Positions 28,579-40,400 are shown, counted from the stretch's first letter. The stretch: 64,000 nucleotides of DNA from an uncultured Campylobacter sp. (GCF_947255105.1 NZ_CAMYFP010000002.1:84120-148119); one strand, 5' to 3'. Translations and numbers: made by a program. The notes: generated by a model from the sequence alone, not told the origin.

Positions 28579-29436
28579 ATGAAAAAATTTATAGCCATAA
28601 GAGAAAAAGCCGCTGCAAAAAGAGTAAAAACTAATAAAATAGTAAATTATGTCTCTATTTTCTTTGCAGTTTTGGGACTGTTTTTTTTAGTGTGGATAAT
28701 GGTAACTTTGATAGTTAAAGGAATAGCTGGATTTAGTAGTTCTATTTTTATAGATGATACTGTTTTTGGCGGGCTTAGAAATGCTCTTATTGGACATACT
28801 ATTTTAGTAGGAATTGCCTCAATTATAGGAATTCCAATTGGACTAATGGCTGGAACATATCTAAGTGAATATGGCGGAGCTAATGATAGAAAATCAAACT
28901 TTATAAGAAATATGAGTGATATTATGATGAGTACGCCATCAATTGTAATTGGTGCATTTATTTATGCTGTTGTAGTATCGCCATTTGGTTCTTATAATGG
29001 ATTTGCTGGAGCTTTGGCTTTGGCCGTTATGATGATACCAGTTGTATTAAAAACAACTGATGATATGCTAACTTTGGTTCCACAAAGCCTAAGAGAAGCG
29101 GCGTTTGCTTTGGGTGCACCAAAATATAAAGTTACAATGCAAATTGTATTTCGTGCGGCCAAAAATGGAGTTTTGACTGGAGTTATTTTGGCTGTAGCAA
29201 GAGTTTCAGGTGAAACTGCGCCGCTTTTATTTACTTCAGGTGCGTGGGATTTTTTAACTTTAAATCCATTTGCTCCAATGCCAAGTTTGACAAATACAAT
29301 TTATGAATTTACCCAAAGTCCTGATGCAGACTTAAACTCAGTTGCATGGGCGGGAGCATTTTTGTTAGCGGTTGTAGTTTTGGGTGTAAATATAATTGGA
29401 AGAATTTTAATAAAAACAAAGAAAAATAAAGGATAA
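28579..29436 (+). CDS. pstA: Phosphate ABC transporter permease
   Basis: 285 aa, 6 TM, position. Confidence 0.8.
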   Translation: MKKFIAIREKAAAKRVKTNKIVNYVSIFFAVLGLFFLVWIMVTLIVKGIAGFSSSIFIDDTVFGGLRNALIGHTILVGIASIIGIPIGLMAGTYLSEYGGANDRKSNFIRNMSDIMMSTPSIVIGAFIYAVVVSPFGSYNGFAGALALAVMMIPVVLKTTDDMLTLVPQSLREAAFALGAPKYKVTMQIVFRAAKNGVLTGVILAVARVSGETAPLLFTSGAWDFLTLNPFAPMPSLTNTIYEFTQSPDADLNSVAWAGAFLLAVVVLGVNIIGRILIKTKKNKG

Positions 29437-29439
29437 TTT

Positions 29440-30225
29440 ATGGCAACAATAACAGAAGTTAAAGAAAATCTTGCTTTAAACATAAAAGATTTCTCATTTT
29501 GGTATCAAGGAAGCAAGAAACCAAATTTAAATAAAATTAACATGCCAGTGGCTGATAAAAAAGTAACTGCATTAATCGGTCCATCAGGATGTGGTAAATC
29601 AACTCTTTTAAGGTCAATTAACAGAATTCACGATCTTTATCCAGGAAATCGCTATGAGGGTGAAATTTCTTTTTGTGATGAAAATATTTTAAACAGCAAT
29701 ATTGATTTGATAAATTTAAGGATAAAAATCGGTATGATTTTTCAACAACCTACTGCTTTTCCAATGAGTATAAAAGATAATGTTGAATATGGCTTAAAGC
29801 TTCAAGGCATAAAAGATAAAAAAACACTGTCTCAAATCACTGAAAGTGCCTTAAAAGGTGCAAATATCTGGGATGAGGTAAAGGATAGATTAAATGATGA
29901 TGCCGCAGGACTTTCAGGCGGTCAAAGACAAAGACTTTGTATAGCAAGAGCCATTGCAGTAAGTCCTGATATTTTGCTTTTTGATGAGCCAACTTCAGCA
30001 CTTGATCCAATCTCTACAATAGCTATTGAAGAGCTTATATATAGACTAAAAGAAAACTACACAATTGTCATTGTAACTCACAACATGCAACAAGCTCTAA
30101 GAGTTAGTGATTATACAGCATTTATGTATTTAGGAGATTTAATAGAATTTGGCAAAACTGAGCAAATATTTAAAAACCCAAGAGAAAAACTTTTACAAGA
30201 GTATGTAGGTGGAAAATTTGGATAA
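29440..30225 (+). CDS. pstB: Phosphate import ATP-binding protein
   Basis: 261 aa with Walker A (GPSGCGKST), the ABC signature (LSGGQRQRL) and Walker B. Confidence 0.9.
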   Translation: MATITEVKENLALNIKDFSFWYQGSKKPNLNKINMPVADKKVTALIGPSGCGKSTLLRSINRIHDLYPGNRYEGEISFCDENILNSNIDLINLRIKIGMIFQQPTAFPMSIKDNVEYGLKLQGIKDKKTLSQITESALKGANIWDEVKDRLNDDAAGLSGGQRQRLCIARAIAVSPDILLFDEPTSALDPISTIAIEELIYRLKENYTIVIVTHNMQQALRVSDYTAFMYLGDLIEFGKTEQIFKNPREKLLQEYVGGKFG

Positions 30226-30682
30226 TACTCATTTGCCAAAGGGCATTCAAGATAAGTTAATTAAAAAATTAAAATCTTTAAACCCAAGAGAAATTTGGAT
30301 TTTTGGAAGCTATGCCAAAGGAACTCAAAAGCCAAGTAGCGATATAGATCTTTTTGTGATTAAAAAAAAGATAAAAAAAGATTTTCACGAAGATATTGTA
30401 AATTTAAGAAATGAGCTAAATAAGCTAGGAGAAAAATATGGTATTGATATAGATCTTTTTATAGATACAAAAGATTTAGTTGAAGAAAAACTTTTAGATG
30501 AAGATGAGTTTTATACTTCTGTTTTTGATGGGGCTAGTAGAATTTATACAAAAAAAGATGGGATAAATATTTCGATTTTACTTCAAAAAAAGAGTTGGTT
30601 TGATAAAATTATGCAAAAAGTTAAAATTATTTTTATGAAATTTTTTGGAATTAAGGATAGCAATGCTGCGAAAAATAGTTAA
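30209..30682 (+). CDS. Minimal nucleotidyltransferase (Pol-beta/MNT superfamily) domain protein
   Basis: 157 aa with a GS...DhD NTase motif ([22 protein letters not shown]). It overlaps the pstB end by 17 nt and the next gene's start. No HEPN partner is visible. Confidence 0.55.
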   Translation: MENLDNTHLPKGIQDKLIKKLKSLNPREIWIFGSYAKGTQKPSSDIDLFVIKKKIKKDFHEDIVNLRNELNKLGEKYGIDIDLFIDTKDLVEEKLLDEDEFYTSVFDGASRIYTKKDGINISILLQKKSWFDKIMQKVKIIFMKFFGIKDSNAAKNS

Positions 30683-31484
30683 ATTTAGTTTTATTTTTTT
30701 ATGCATAAATTTATTAAATGCTTATGAGCTTAAAGGATATGGTGCAACATTTGCAGGCGATAAAGTGGTTGAACTTTCAAATTTATATAAATTAAAAACT
30801 AAAAATGAAATTTTATATTTTCCAATTGGATCAAGTGGCGGAATAAAACAAGTTTTGCTTAATAAAGCTGATTTCGCAATAGTTGATATAGCTTTTAAAG
30901 ACGACAGTTTAGAGTTTATACCATTTATAAAAAGTCCAATTTCCATAAGTTATAATTTGCCAAATATATCAAATTTAGTTTTAACTCCAAATTTGATATC
31001 TAAAATTTTTATAGGAAAAATTAAGTTTTGGAATGATAAAGAAATAGCTCTTTTAAACCCAAATTTAAATCTACCGAATGAAAAAATAATCTTTTTTCAT
31101 AGATATGATGGATCTGGTACTACATTTACAATATCATCTTTTTTAAAAAACAATAGTGATTTTTGGAATTTAGAAAACAGTGAGTTTATAAATTTTAAGC
31201 TAGGAATTGGAAAAAGGGGAAATAAAGATTTAGCTCTTTTTATAAAACAAACTCCTTATTCTATTGGATACACTAGTTACTACTATACACAAAATTTAAA
31301 CTCAGCTTATTTACAATATAAAGGTACAATTTCTCATCCAAAAGATGATAACTATCCTTTGCAAAATTATAGTTACTTTATATATAAAAAAGATAGTTCA
31401 AAAAAAGAAAACATTGAAAAATTTATTAAATTTACAAAACAAAACTACGATCCAAAATATGATAAATTAAGCTATTTTGACTAA
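30645..31484 (+). CDS. Second, divergent PstS-family phosphate-binding protein
   Basis: 279 aa with a signal peptide and PBP motifs (HRYDGSGTTFT, SIGYTSY). The real start may be the Met at 30663. Confidence 0.6.
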   Translation: MELRIAMLRKIVKFSFIFLCINLLNAYELKGYGATFAGDKVVELSNLYKLKTKNEILYFPIGSSGGIKQVLLNKADFAIVDIAFKDDSLEFIPFIKSPISISYNLPNISNLVLTPNLISKIFIGKIKFWNDKEIALLNPNLNLPNEKIIFFHRYDGSGTTFTISSFLKNNSDFWNLENSEFINFKLGIGKRGNKDLALFIKQTPYSIGYTSYYYTQNLNSAYLQYKGTISHPKDDNYPLQNYSYFIYKKDSSKKENIEKFIKFTKQNYDPKYDKLSYFD

Positions 31485-31711
31485 AATCAAGCTATTTTAT
31501 TATAAATTCATATAAATTTAATTTATTTTATTATTGATTTAATAGAACTAAAAAAGAAATTTGGTATAAAAAATATTTTAAATAATTCAAATTTTATTGA
31601 ATATCAAAACTATTTTTTAATAATAAATTTCTGCAGATATTTATTATCTTTATGGTAAAAAAGAAAAAATAAACCACCAAATTCTATTTATAAATTATTT
31701 TTTATTTACCA

Positions 31712-31741
31712 TTATAAATTATAATAATAAATATCATTATA
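31712..31741 (+). promoter_or_regulatory. Putative Fur box upstream of cfbpA
   Basis: The sequence ttataaattataataataaatatcattat resembles the GATAATGATAATCATTATC-type Fur box. It lies about 15-40 nt upstream of the ATG. Confidence 0.4.
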
Positions 31742-31753
31742 TAAAGGAAAAAG

Positions 31754-32758
31754 ATGAGAAAGATTATTTTTTCGGCTTTAATTGTTGCAAGCTCTTTGTT
31801 TGCAGACTCTGTTGTAAATGTCTACTCTTCAAGACATTACGACTCAGATAAGATGGTTTTTGATGCTTTTACTAAAGAGACAGGCATCAAAGTAAATGTC
31901 ATACAAGACAAGATAGAGTCTATTACTCAAAAACTTGAGCTTGAGGGCAAGGATACAATAGCTGATGTTTTTATGACAGTTGGTGTTGGCGATCTTTACA
32001 ATGTAAAGCAAAAAGGACTTTTACAGCCAATAAACTCAAAAATTGTAGATGAAAATATACCGCTAGATTTGATGGACAAAGATAAAAACTGGGTAGGTGT
32101 CACATATCGTGCTAGAGTTTTGGTTTATGATCCAAAGAAGATAGACAAAAAAGAGCTCTCAACCTATGAAGCGTTAAGCGGTGATAAATTTAAAGGTAAA
32201 ATTTTAACTCGCTCATCAACATCATCATATAACAAACACCTAATAGCCTTTTTGATAGCAAAAGATGGCGAGGCAAAGACAAAAGAGTGGGCAAAAGGCT
32301 TGGTTACAAATTTTGCAAGAGCTCCAAAAGGAAATGACAGAGATCAGGCAAAAGCCATAGTTTCAGGTGTTGGAAGTGTGGCTATAATGAATAGTTACTA
32401 TATGGGTAGAATGTCTGTTTCAAAAGATCCAGTAGAGCAAGAGGTTGCTAGAGATTTAAAGGTATTTTTTCCAAACCAAAACGATGGAGGAACTCACATC
32501 AATTTAAGCGGCGCTGGTGTTACAAAATATGCTAAAAACAAAGATAATGCAGTTAAGTTTATAGAGTTTTTAACAACTCCAAAAGCACAAGAAATTTTTG
32601 CTAAGACAAATTTTGAGTTTCCAGCCAACCCAAAAGCAGAGCCTGCTGATATCGTAAAATCATGGGGAGAGTTTAAGAAAAGCAAGATTGATTTTGATGA
32701 AATAGGCAAAAACCTCACAAAAGCTCAAATGATAGCTGATGAGGTAATGTGGAAATAG
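31754..32758 (+). CDS. cfbpA: Fe(3+) ABC transporter substrate-binding protein
   Basis: 334 aa with a signal peptide. Family similarity is to FbpA/AfuA (YSSRHY, tyrosine-rich). Confidence 0.7.
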   Translation: MRKIIFSALIVASSLFADSVVNVYSSRHYDSDKMVFDAFTKETGIKVNVIQDKIESITQKLELEGKDTIADVFMTVGVGDLYNVKQKGLLQPINSKIVDENIPLDLMDKDKNWVGVTYRARVLVYDPKKIDKKELSTYEALSGDKFKGKILTRSSTSSYNKHLIAFLIAKDGEAKTKEWAKGLVTNFARAPKGNDRDQAKAIVSGVGSVAIMNSYYMGRMSVSKDPVEQEVARDLKVFFPNQNDGGTHINLSGAGVTKYAKNKDNAVKFIEFLTTPKAQEIFAKTNFEFPANPKAEPADIVKSWGEFKKSKIDFDEIGKNLTKAQMIADEVMWK

Positions 32759-34371
32759 TGCGTATGATGAAGCGCTTTAAGAGGTGTGATACACCTCTTA
32801 TTTTTACTTTTGTCTGTTTGGCTCTTGTAATATTTCCAATTATCTATATATTTTTTGGGATCTTTAACCAAACAAACGAATCGACTGAATTTTTATTTAA
32901 AACACAGCTTAAATTTTACATAAAAAACAGCTTTATAATACTTTTTTTTACAGGAATTTTTACAGGCATTATAGGAACTTTTTTAGCCTATTTTGAGACA
33001 TTTTATGAGTATAAATTTAAAAATTTCTTCAAATTTACCCTTATTTTGCCATTTGCAATCCCTAGCTATCTTTTTGGGTATATTTATGTTGATTTTTTCA
33101 GCTATTCTGGCTGGTTAGTAACTTTTTTAAGGCAAAATTTTGGTATAAGAGCCCATTTTGACATTATGAATATTTACGGTGCTATTTTTGTGCTAACACT
33201 GGCTTTTTATCCATATGTCTATATCATCTTAAGAGGATTTTTAAAAAGGTTTCCGCAAAACTATATAGAAGCATCGCAAAATTTAGGTTGCACTCAAGTA
33301 AAAACCTTTTTTAAAGTCATCTTGCCTCTTAGCAAACCTGCAATTATAAGCGGCATGACGCTTTGTTTGATGGAGTGTTTGAACGCTTATGGAGTGCCAA
33401 ACTATTTTGGACTTCATGTATTTAGCACAGGAATTTATAAGGCTTGGGTTGGGTATGGCGACTTAAATGCAGCTATAAAACTTGCTTCGATTTTGCTTTT
33501 TTTAGTCTTTTTTATCATAATAGTTCAAAAGTTACTGCAAAAACCATATTCCATAACTGTTACAAAAAGACAAAAGATAAGAGCTAAAAAATTAAGTAAA
33601 AAGAGTGAAATTGCTGTTGTTTGTCTAATTTTTTTATTTTTATTTGTAGCTTTGTTTTTGCCACTTCTTCACATTTTTATCTGGCTTTATCAAAGTTATA
33701 GCGATATAAATTTAATTTCGCTTTTTAGCTTAAGCAAAAATACAATTTTACTTACAACATTTTCAGCCATGCTGATAGTAGTTTTTTCTCTGTTTATCAA
33801 CGAATCTTTGAGACTAAAAGATGGTAAGATCAAAGAGATAGCAACTTCATTTGCAAATATTGGCTATAGCATTCCAGGCTCAGTTGTAGGTATCTCAATG
33901 CTTGCTATATTTATAAATATTGACAAGTCAATGCAGTGGCTATATCGGCTTTTAGATGTGAAAGCAACTCTTTTTTTAACGTTAAGTCCCTTGGTTTTGG
34001 TCTTTGCTTATATGATTAGGTTTTTGTCTTTAGGATATATGGGAGTTCAAAATAGTCTCAACCAACAAGGAAAAAAATATTATGAAGCTTCTTTAAGCCT
34101 TGGAAAAGGAAAACTAAAAACATTTTTTTTGGTAGATTTGCCAATGATAAAACCAGCTATTTTAAGCTCATTTATACTTGTTTTTATCGAGATAATCAAA
34201 GAACTTCCATTAAGTTCGCTTTTGACTCCGCCAAATTTAAAAACTCTAGCTTTTGAAATGGATAGATATGCAAGTGATGAGCAGCTAGCTTTAAGTGCGG
34301 CTCCTGCTATTGTGGTTGTTGGCATAAGTTTAGTTTTGCTGGTAATTTTAAATAAACTAAAGGACAAATAG
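32749..34371 (+). CDS. cfbpB: Iron ABC transporter permease (two fused permease domains)
   Basis: 540 aa with 12 TM and two EAA-like loops. Confidence 0.7.
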   Translation: MEIVRMMKRFKRCDTPLIFTFVCLALVIFPIIYIFFGIFNQTNESTEFLFKTQLKFYIKNSFIILFFTGIFTGIIGTFLAYFETFYEYKFKNFFKFTLILPFAIPSYLFGYIYVDFFSYSGWLVTFLRQNFGIRAHFDIMNIYGAIFVLTLAFYPYVYIILRGFLKRFPQNYIEASQNLGCTQVKTFFKVILPLSKPAIISGMTLCLMECLNAYGVPNYFGLHVFSTGIYKAWVGYGDLNAAIKLASILLFLVFFIIIVQKLLQKPYSITVTKRQKIRAKKLSKKSEIAVVCLIFLFLFVALFLPLLHIFIWLYQSYSDINLISLFSLSKNTILLTTFSAMLIVVFSLFINESLRLKDGKIKEIATSFANIGYSIPGSVVGISMLAIFINIDKSMQWLYRLLDVKATLFLTLSPLVLVFAYMIRFLSLGYMGVQNSLNQQGKKYYEASLSLGKGKLKTFFLVDLPMIKPAILSSFILVFIEIIKELPLSSLLTPPNLKTLAFEMDRYASDEQLALSAAPAIVVVGISLVLLVILNKLKDK

Positions 34372-34976
34372 TGTTTTTAGAGCTAAAAAATATCTCTTTT
34401 TCATATAAAAAAGATCAAAACCTAATCTCAAATTTAAACTTTTCTTTGCAAAAAGGAAAACGTCTAGCAATACTTGGCGAAAGTGGAAGTGGTAAAAGCA
34501 CGATTTTAAGGCTAATTAGTGGCTTTGAGAATTTAGATAGTGGAGAGATCTGGCTAGATGGTCAAAATATCACTTTTTTACCACCAAACAAAAGAAATAT
34601 AGGCTATCTTTTTCAAGACTATGCGCTTTTTCCACATCTTAAGGTTTGGCAAAATATAGGCTTTGGCATAAAAAATGATAAAAAAAGAGTTGATGAGATG
34701 CTTGAGCTGATTAGAATGAGTGAATATAGAGATCTTTATCCCCATGCTTTAAGTGGTGGTCAACAACAAAGAGTAGCACTTGCAAGGGCGTTAGCAATAA
34801 AACCTAAACTTTTACTTCTTGATGAGCCATTTAGCGCTCTTGATGCAGGCTTAAGGACAAAAATAAGAACCGATATAAAAGAAATTTTAGATAGCCTTGA
34901 GATAACTTCGATTTTAGTTACTCACGACCTAGATGATGTTAAAAACTTTGCAGATGAAAGCTTTATGCTTAAATAA
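34371..34976 (+). CDS. cfbpC: ABC transporter ATP-binding protein (short FbpC-like)
   Basis: 201 aa with Walker A (GESGSGKST), signature (LSGGQQQRV) and Walker B. Confidence 0.7.
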   Translation: MFLELKNISFSYKKDQNLISNLNFSLQKGKRLAILGESGSGKSTILRLISGFENLDSGEIWLDGQNITFLPPNKRNIGYLFQDYALFPHLKVWQNIGFGIKNDKKRVDEMLELIRMSEYRDLYPHALSGGQQQRVALARALAIKPKLLLLDEPFSALDAGLRTKIRTDIKEILDSLEITSILVTHDLDDVKNFADESFMLK

Positions 34977-35228
34977 AGGCAGTAGCTTTTAAAATCTACA
35001 TTCATATTGATGGAAAATACAATCATTTAAAACCAGATATTTATAAAAGTGTAGTTATAAATAATCTTTCTAAAAATATTCGATAAATCTTATGCATAAT
35101 GTAAAAAATAAGAAAAAAGTGTGGTATATAGCTATTTGATGAGAAAATTCCTGTTTTTACTGCAACTTTTTTTGCTGTTTTAATCAATTTAACCTATGTC
35201 TATTTTAAACATAGGTTAAATTTAAAGA

Positions 35229-37955
35229 TTAAAATTTATAGTCCAAATTTAGATGAAACGTTCTTCCAGGAGCTGGTGTTAAACCCATGTTGTTAGCGTC
35301 TAAATAGTATCTATTTGTCAAGTTGTCAATTGTCGCTAGGATTGTTAAATTTTTAGTTGTGTTATGTTTTGCATAGATATCTACTATAGAATAAGCGTCC
35401 CATTCAGCACTGTTTGTCTCTCCAATTGGTGTATCTGTTGGCTGCCATATAGAGACAAATCTTTTGCTTGTGTAGCTATATCTTGCGCCTATGTCAAGTT
35501 GTTTTTTAAAAAGTCTTGTTCCAACATTGGCATAGAGTGTCGTTTTTGGAGGGACTGCGTTTGATAAATTTGACCCACCAATTCCACCTTTATAGCATTT
35601 TTGCTCACCAGGTTGTAGATTTTCATCTTTTTGGCAAAATTCTGTTTGTAAGATTTGATTTACTCCTAAATTTGAATAAAATCCACCATTGTCAAAGTAA
35701 AGTGAACTCTCTAGGCCTCTAAACAGCGCACTTTCTATATTTGTAGTTTGTTGGAAGCTGCTTCCAATAATGTTTGAGCGAGTTAAATAGTTTTTTGTGT
35801 AATTGTTATAAAATGCAAGCTTCAAGCCTAAAACATTATCAAAATCACCTAAATTTTCAAATAAAAAGTTTCCTCCAACCTCAAAGTCAAAGTGCTCTTC
35901 TGGTTTTAAAGTCGTAATTTTTTCGCCTTGATTTTGCTGTCCAAAACCCTTTGTGGCTTGAAAAAGGCTTGGATTTCTCACAGCTTTTGCATATTTTATA
36001 TATAAATTTGCATTATCATTTGGCTTAAAGGTTAGCATGAAAGCAGGGCTTATTGCATTTGTTTTTATGTCTGGGGTGTAAATTTTAGTTGGACTATAGA
36101 CTAATACGCCATTTTTACGCACATAGCAAGCTCCATTTATACACTGTTCTAGAGGATTGTTATCTTTTATTCTTGCGTTTATATATCTAAGACCAAAATC
36201 AGCCTCCAACCACTCTAAAAAAGGATATTTTGCCCATAAAAAGGCACTTATTTCATCTCTTCTTGCATCTCTTTCATAAAGTTTTCCAACAGCTGAATTA
36301 TTTTGTAAGACAATATCATTTGGGTCAATATTTAGTTTTTTAGCAACCTTTTTAGCCAATTCAAATGGACTATTTATATTTGGATAATTCTTTTTTATAA
36401 GACGATCTGTTGTATCGCTTGGCGGAGTAAATCTTTCATAAAAATAAGAAACTCCATAATTAAGCATTAAAGGCTGATTGATTAGTTCAATTGTGCTTGT
36501 ATTTTGTAAGCTAAAGCCAAGTTGCTTAGAGATTAGAAAAGATGCATATCTAGAGTCTGATTTAGAGTGCATAGAATTTTCATCCAAATCAATCAAATCT
36601 TCAATAAATGGCATATACAATGATGTGTCATTTTTGGTATAAAATGTGTTAAATTTCAGATCTACATAAGGATTTTGAGGGTTATATCTATATCCTGTGC
36701 TAAAAGAGTCAACTATAACTTCACCGCCTTCGCCTTGCAAAGCTCCGTCACTTCTAATGCTAGTTTGAGATGGCATAAGCTCGCCAAAATTTGACTCATA
36801 TCTGCTATAAGCAAAGTTAAATGTGTGAAAATCGTTATATAAATTTAATTTAGCTAAATATGACTTGTTTTCTTGAAAGGTATTTAAGACCTCTTCTCCA
36901 GCTCTATAATATGTATAATTATTTTTATCAAAAACAAGTTTTTTAGATATTATGTCGTATGATTGTGGAGCTATAGTATATTTTTTCAGTCTTGATGAGT
37001 AGTATTTTTCATATTTTGATAGATCTTCTATCTCTGTTGGTAAAAACTCATTAAAATTTGGATTTGGCTTGCCATTGATAAATCTTTGTGAGCTCTGCGT
37101 TCCTACGATTTTAGGTGCTGAGCCATGCTTTCCTGCAAAGTAGTTTCCTTGATATTTTCTAGCATATCCCAAAACTATATCTGCATTTTCCCATTTTTTT
37201 GCAAATGCCAAGCTTCCATTCCAGCTTTTTCCCAAATTTTGAAATAAATTTCCATTTTGATATCTTGCTGGTGTGTCGTATGTTTGGGGATGATCTTTTA
37301 AAAAAGCCTTGCACTCATCATCATCTTCATCTTTACACTTGTCAACCCACTTTGTGCGATATCCTCCTCTTGTATAAAGTGGTGGTTTTTTGTTTGTATT
37401 AGACATTATGCCACCTGCAATTCTAAACCCCCAGTCTTTATCATCAGGTATAATATCTTCCCAACCAATAGTTTTCATTCTTATGACTCCGCCAGTTGCA
37501 CCAACGCCATCAGCTCCAAAGCTTACACCTTTTTGCACTTCGACGCTAGATAACAAATCCGGATCAAGATAAGTCCTAGTGCTAGATCCTGCATATCCTT
37601 GCCAAGAAGGTGTAGATCTAAAAGCTCCATCAATTATCACAGGAACTCTATTTTCATTTTGCAAACCTCTAATGTTAACTGTTATTGCACCGCTGTTTCT
37701 TTTGTTTGTAACAAAAACTCCTGGAATTCCACTTAAAAAATCTCCAACCGAACTACCGCGAAATCTTTGAATATGGGTTTGATCTACATATGAGTAAGAG
37801 CCAGCTTTTGTGTAGGTTTTAAGCTCACTTTTACCGTGATAAATTTGCTGTTGTCCAGTTATGGTAATATCATCAAATGAAATATCAGCCTCATTTCCAA
37901 GGGAAATTGTTACTACAACTGCCAAAATTGCTGCTATAGCTATCTTTTTTTGCAT
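35229..37955 (-). CDS. Large TonB-dependent outer-membrane receptor (TbpA/LbpA-sized)
   Basis: About 908 aa counting from the Met at 37955; the ORF as listed extends to 37985. It has a signal peptide, a plug domain and a C-terminal ...LNLDYKF terminal aromatic residue. Confidence 0.75.
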   Translation of the reverse strand: MQKKIAIAAILAVVVTISLGNEADISFDDITITGQQQIYHGKSELKTYTKAGSYSYVDQTHIQRFRGSSVGDFLSGIPGVFVTNKRNSGAITVNIRGLQNENRVPVIIDGAFRSTPSWQGYAGSSTRTYLDPDLLSSVEVQKGVSFGADGVGATGGVIRMKTIGWEDIIPDDKDWGFRIAGGIMSNTNKKPPLYTRGGYRTKWVDKCKDEDDDECKAFLKDHPQTYDTPARYQNGNLFQNLGKSWNGSLAFAKKWENADIVLGYARKYQGNYFAGKHGSAPKIVGTQSSQRFINGKPNPNFNEFLPTEIEDLSKYEKYYSSRLKKYTIAPQSYDIISKKLVFDKNNYTYYRAGEEVLNTFQENKSYLAKLNLYNDFHTFNFAYSRYESNFGELMPSQTSIRSDGALQGEGGEVIVDSFSTGYRYNPQNPYVDLKFNTFYTKNDTSLYMPFIEDLIDLDENSMHSKSDSRYASFLISKQLGFSLQNTSTIELINQPLMLNYGVSYFYERFTPPSDTTDRLIKKNYPNINSPFELAKKVAKKLNIDPNDIVLQNNSAVGKLYERDARRDEISAFLWAKYPFLEWLEADFGLRYINARIKDNNPLEQCINGACYVRKNGVLVYSPTKIYTPDIKTNAISPAFMLTFKPNDNANLYIKYAKAVRNPSLFQATKGFGQQNQGEKITTLKPEEHFDFEVGGNFLFENLGDFDNVLGLKLAFYNNYTKNYLTRSNIIGSSFQQTTNIESALFRGLESSLYFDNGGFYSNLGVNQILQTEFCQKDENLQPGEQKCYKGGIGGSNLSNAVPPKTTLYANVGTRLFKKQLDIGARYSYTSKRFVSIWQPTDTPIGETNSAEWDAYSIVDIYAKHNTTKNLTILATIDNLTNRYYLDANNMGLTPAPGRTFHLNLDYKF

Positions 37956-38011
37956 CGCATATCCTAAATAAAATATTAACGGCAAGAAATATAACCAATC
38001 TTTTCTTAATA

Positions 38012-38118
38012 AATGATTATAAATATCAAGATTATAATAAGCAGAAAAATTTATCAGATCAAATTATAAAAATAGAACTAATCTTAAAAACGATAATATT
38101 TATAATTATAATTATAAA
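38012..38118. promoter_or_regulatory. Divergent promoter region with two Fur-box-like sites
   Basis: The sites are aatgattataaatatcaagattataataa (38012-38040) and gataatatttataattataattat (38092-38115). They lie between two divergently transcribed TonB-dependent receptor genes. Confidence 0.4.
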
Positions 38119-38213
38119 GTCTAATTTAAGTTTTAGACTATTATAATAATTTTCAAAATTATTTTAAATCAAATAAATAAAAGGTTGTAGCCATATATAC
38201 TAAAAAAATAAAT

Positions 38214-40400
38214 TTGCTTAATGACAAAATCTTAATATCAGTTTTTCTAATGTTTAGTCTGCATTTAAATGCTAAAGAACTGGACTTTTCTGCCATAGAA
38301 GTCACTGCCAAAAAGATAGATGAGGACAAAAAGGGTTATTTAACGCCTGGTGCCATTACTACAAAAGGCGATGAGATAGGAGCCAAATCAACCAAAGATA
38401 TTGATAGTGTGGTAAGAAGTATGAGTGGGACTTATACACAAGTTGATGAGGCAAATGGTGGAATTTCAGTAAATATTCGCTCTCAAACTGGATTTGGTAG
38501 GGTAAATACTATGATAGATGGAGTAACTCAGACCTATTTTGGCTCATCAAGCGACCAAAGTGCGGGAGTTCATAGCTTTGCGACAAACATTGGGACTTCA
38601 GCTCACGGAGCGTTGATTGATCAAAATTTTCTAGTTGGGCTTGAAATTGAAAAAGGCACATTTAGTGGGGCAAATTTTGGCACAGCAGGAAGTGTGGATT
38701 TTAGGACAATTGGCGTTGATGATATTGTAAGAATTGGCAAGAATTTTGGCTTTTTAGGTAAATATTCATATGGAAGCAACAAAATTGGACCAAGCTATAT
38801 GGGGAGTTTTGCTGGAAAATATGAGTTTGAAAATGGCTTTAAATTTGGCACTTTGTTTGGGTATAGTGGCAAGAAAATAGAGCAAAATTATAAGGTTGGC
38901 GGTGGAGATAAAAAACAGCTAAATGATGAAAAGATGATGAGACAAAGTCCTAAAAACAGGCTTTTTAAACTTGAGTTTGAGGGCGAGAAAAATAGGGCGA
39001 TTTTTTCATATAGAAATTATGACAACCATCTAGCAAAGAGAAAAATTAATAGTGACTCTTATCAACTAAACTACAACTTTAAGCAAAACAATTTAATTGA
39101 TATTGGCTTAATAACTGCATATCAAAAATCCACTCAAGACTTTGATAAAGGCGCATCTCTTGGGTGGTTTGTCTTAGATAAAGAGGGAATGATGGAGTCG
39201 CAAAACAGGGCTTTTAGCTTTGATATCAACAATATAGCCAAGTTTAATATTTTGAATAATTTATACTATGAAGCCAAATTTGGAATGAGTTTTTTGGATA
39301 ATGACTATCAAAGAATTACAAATGATAAGGATTGGAAGACTTTTACAACGGAATTTGGTCTTATCCCAGAAGGTCAACAAAAGATTTATAACTACTACCT
39401 TAATAACTATTTTTTATATGATAATTTTAGCCTTGATGCAAATTTGAATTTACAAAAGTTTAAGCTAAGCGGACAAAAAGGGAAGTGTTCTGATGAAAAC
39501 TATCTTTGCTATCCAAAAGAGGCGGGAAATTTAACCTTGAAAGATACAAATTTCAACTACTCTTTTTTAGCATCTTTGCATTTAAGTAACTATTTTATAC
39601 CATTTGTCGGCTATACAAAGGCAACAAGAGCTTTAAATGTTCAAGAGGTCTTTACAAGTGGAGCTTATGATACAAACATCAATACTAACTTAAAGCCAGA
39701 GAGTGCAAAGACTTTTCAAGTAGGATTTAACTCTTTTATGCACGGGCTTTTGGCAGATGATGATACTTTTGGACTAAAAATTATTTATTATAAACTCAAT
39801 ATGGATAATTACATCTATGATAGAGCTATTTTGCTTGGCGGTATGTTTTTTGCAAGAGATAATGCAAAAGCCAAATTTGAAGGATTTGAAGTTGAGACAA
39901 GTTATGATGTGGGGTATTTTTATACAAATTTAAGCTACTCATATCAAAAAGCTCTAAAATTTCCGATCTCTGACTCACAAAAGATAGCAGGACATTTGGG
40001 AATGGGTGGTGGACAGACGCAGTTTAGTGAGCTTCCAAGAAGCTATGCGACGCTTGATATTGGTACAAGATTGTTTGATGAAAAATTAACTTTTGGCTCA
40101 AGTATAAAATACACTGGCAGAGCAAAAAGAGTAGATCCAAGAACTGATTTTAACACCAATCCACCATATTTCTCAGCTGAGTCAAAAACTGCCAACAATT
40201 ATCGATTTATATGCCATTTATGAGCCAAATGACAATTTAAGAGTTAAATTTGAAGTGCAAAATTTGACCGACAAAAACTACATGGACGCACTCTACACCT
40301 TAAACTCAAATGAATCGCAAGTTGGAGCTAACGATATTACACTTTTTGACAACAAAGCAAGAGGGCGAAGTTTTATAGCCTCTATTGTCTATAAATTTTA
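38214..40400 (+). pseudogene. TonB-dependent receptor with a TTG start and a C-terminal frameshift
   Basis: The ORF 38214..40223 ends ...ANNYRFICHL*. The conserved receptor C-terminus (IIDLYAIYEPNDNLRVKFEVQNLTDKNYMDAL...IASIVYKF*) continues in the +1 frame to 40400. The shift is near 40195-40205. Confidence 0.6.

Noticed and set aside
35364-37770. 60-68-aa plus-strand ORFs within 35229-37985
   Set aside because: They are antisense to the 918-aa TonB-dependent receptor ORF.
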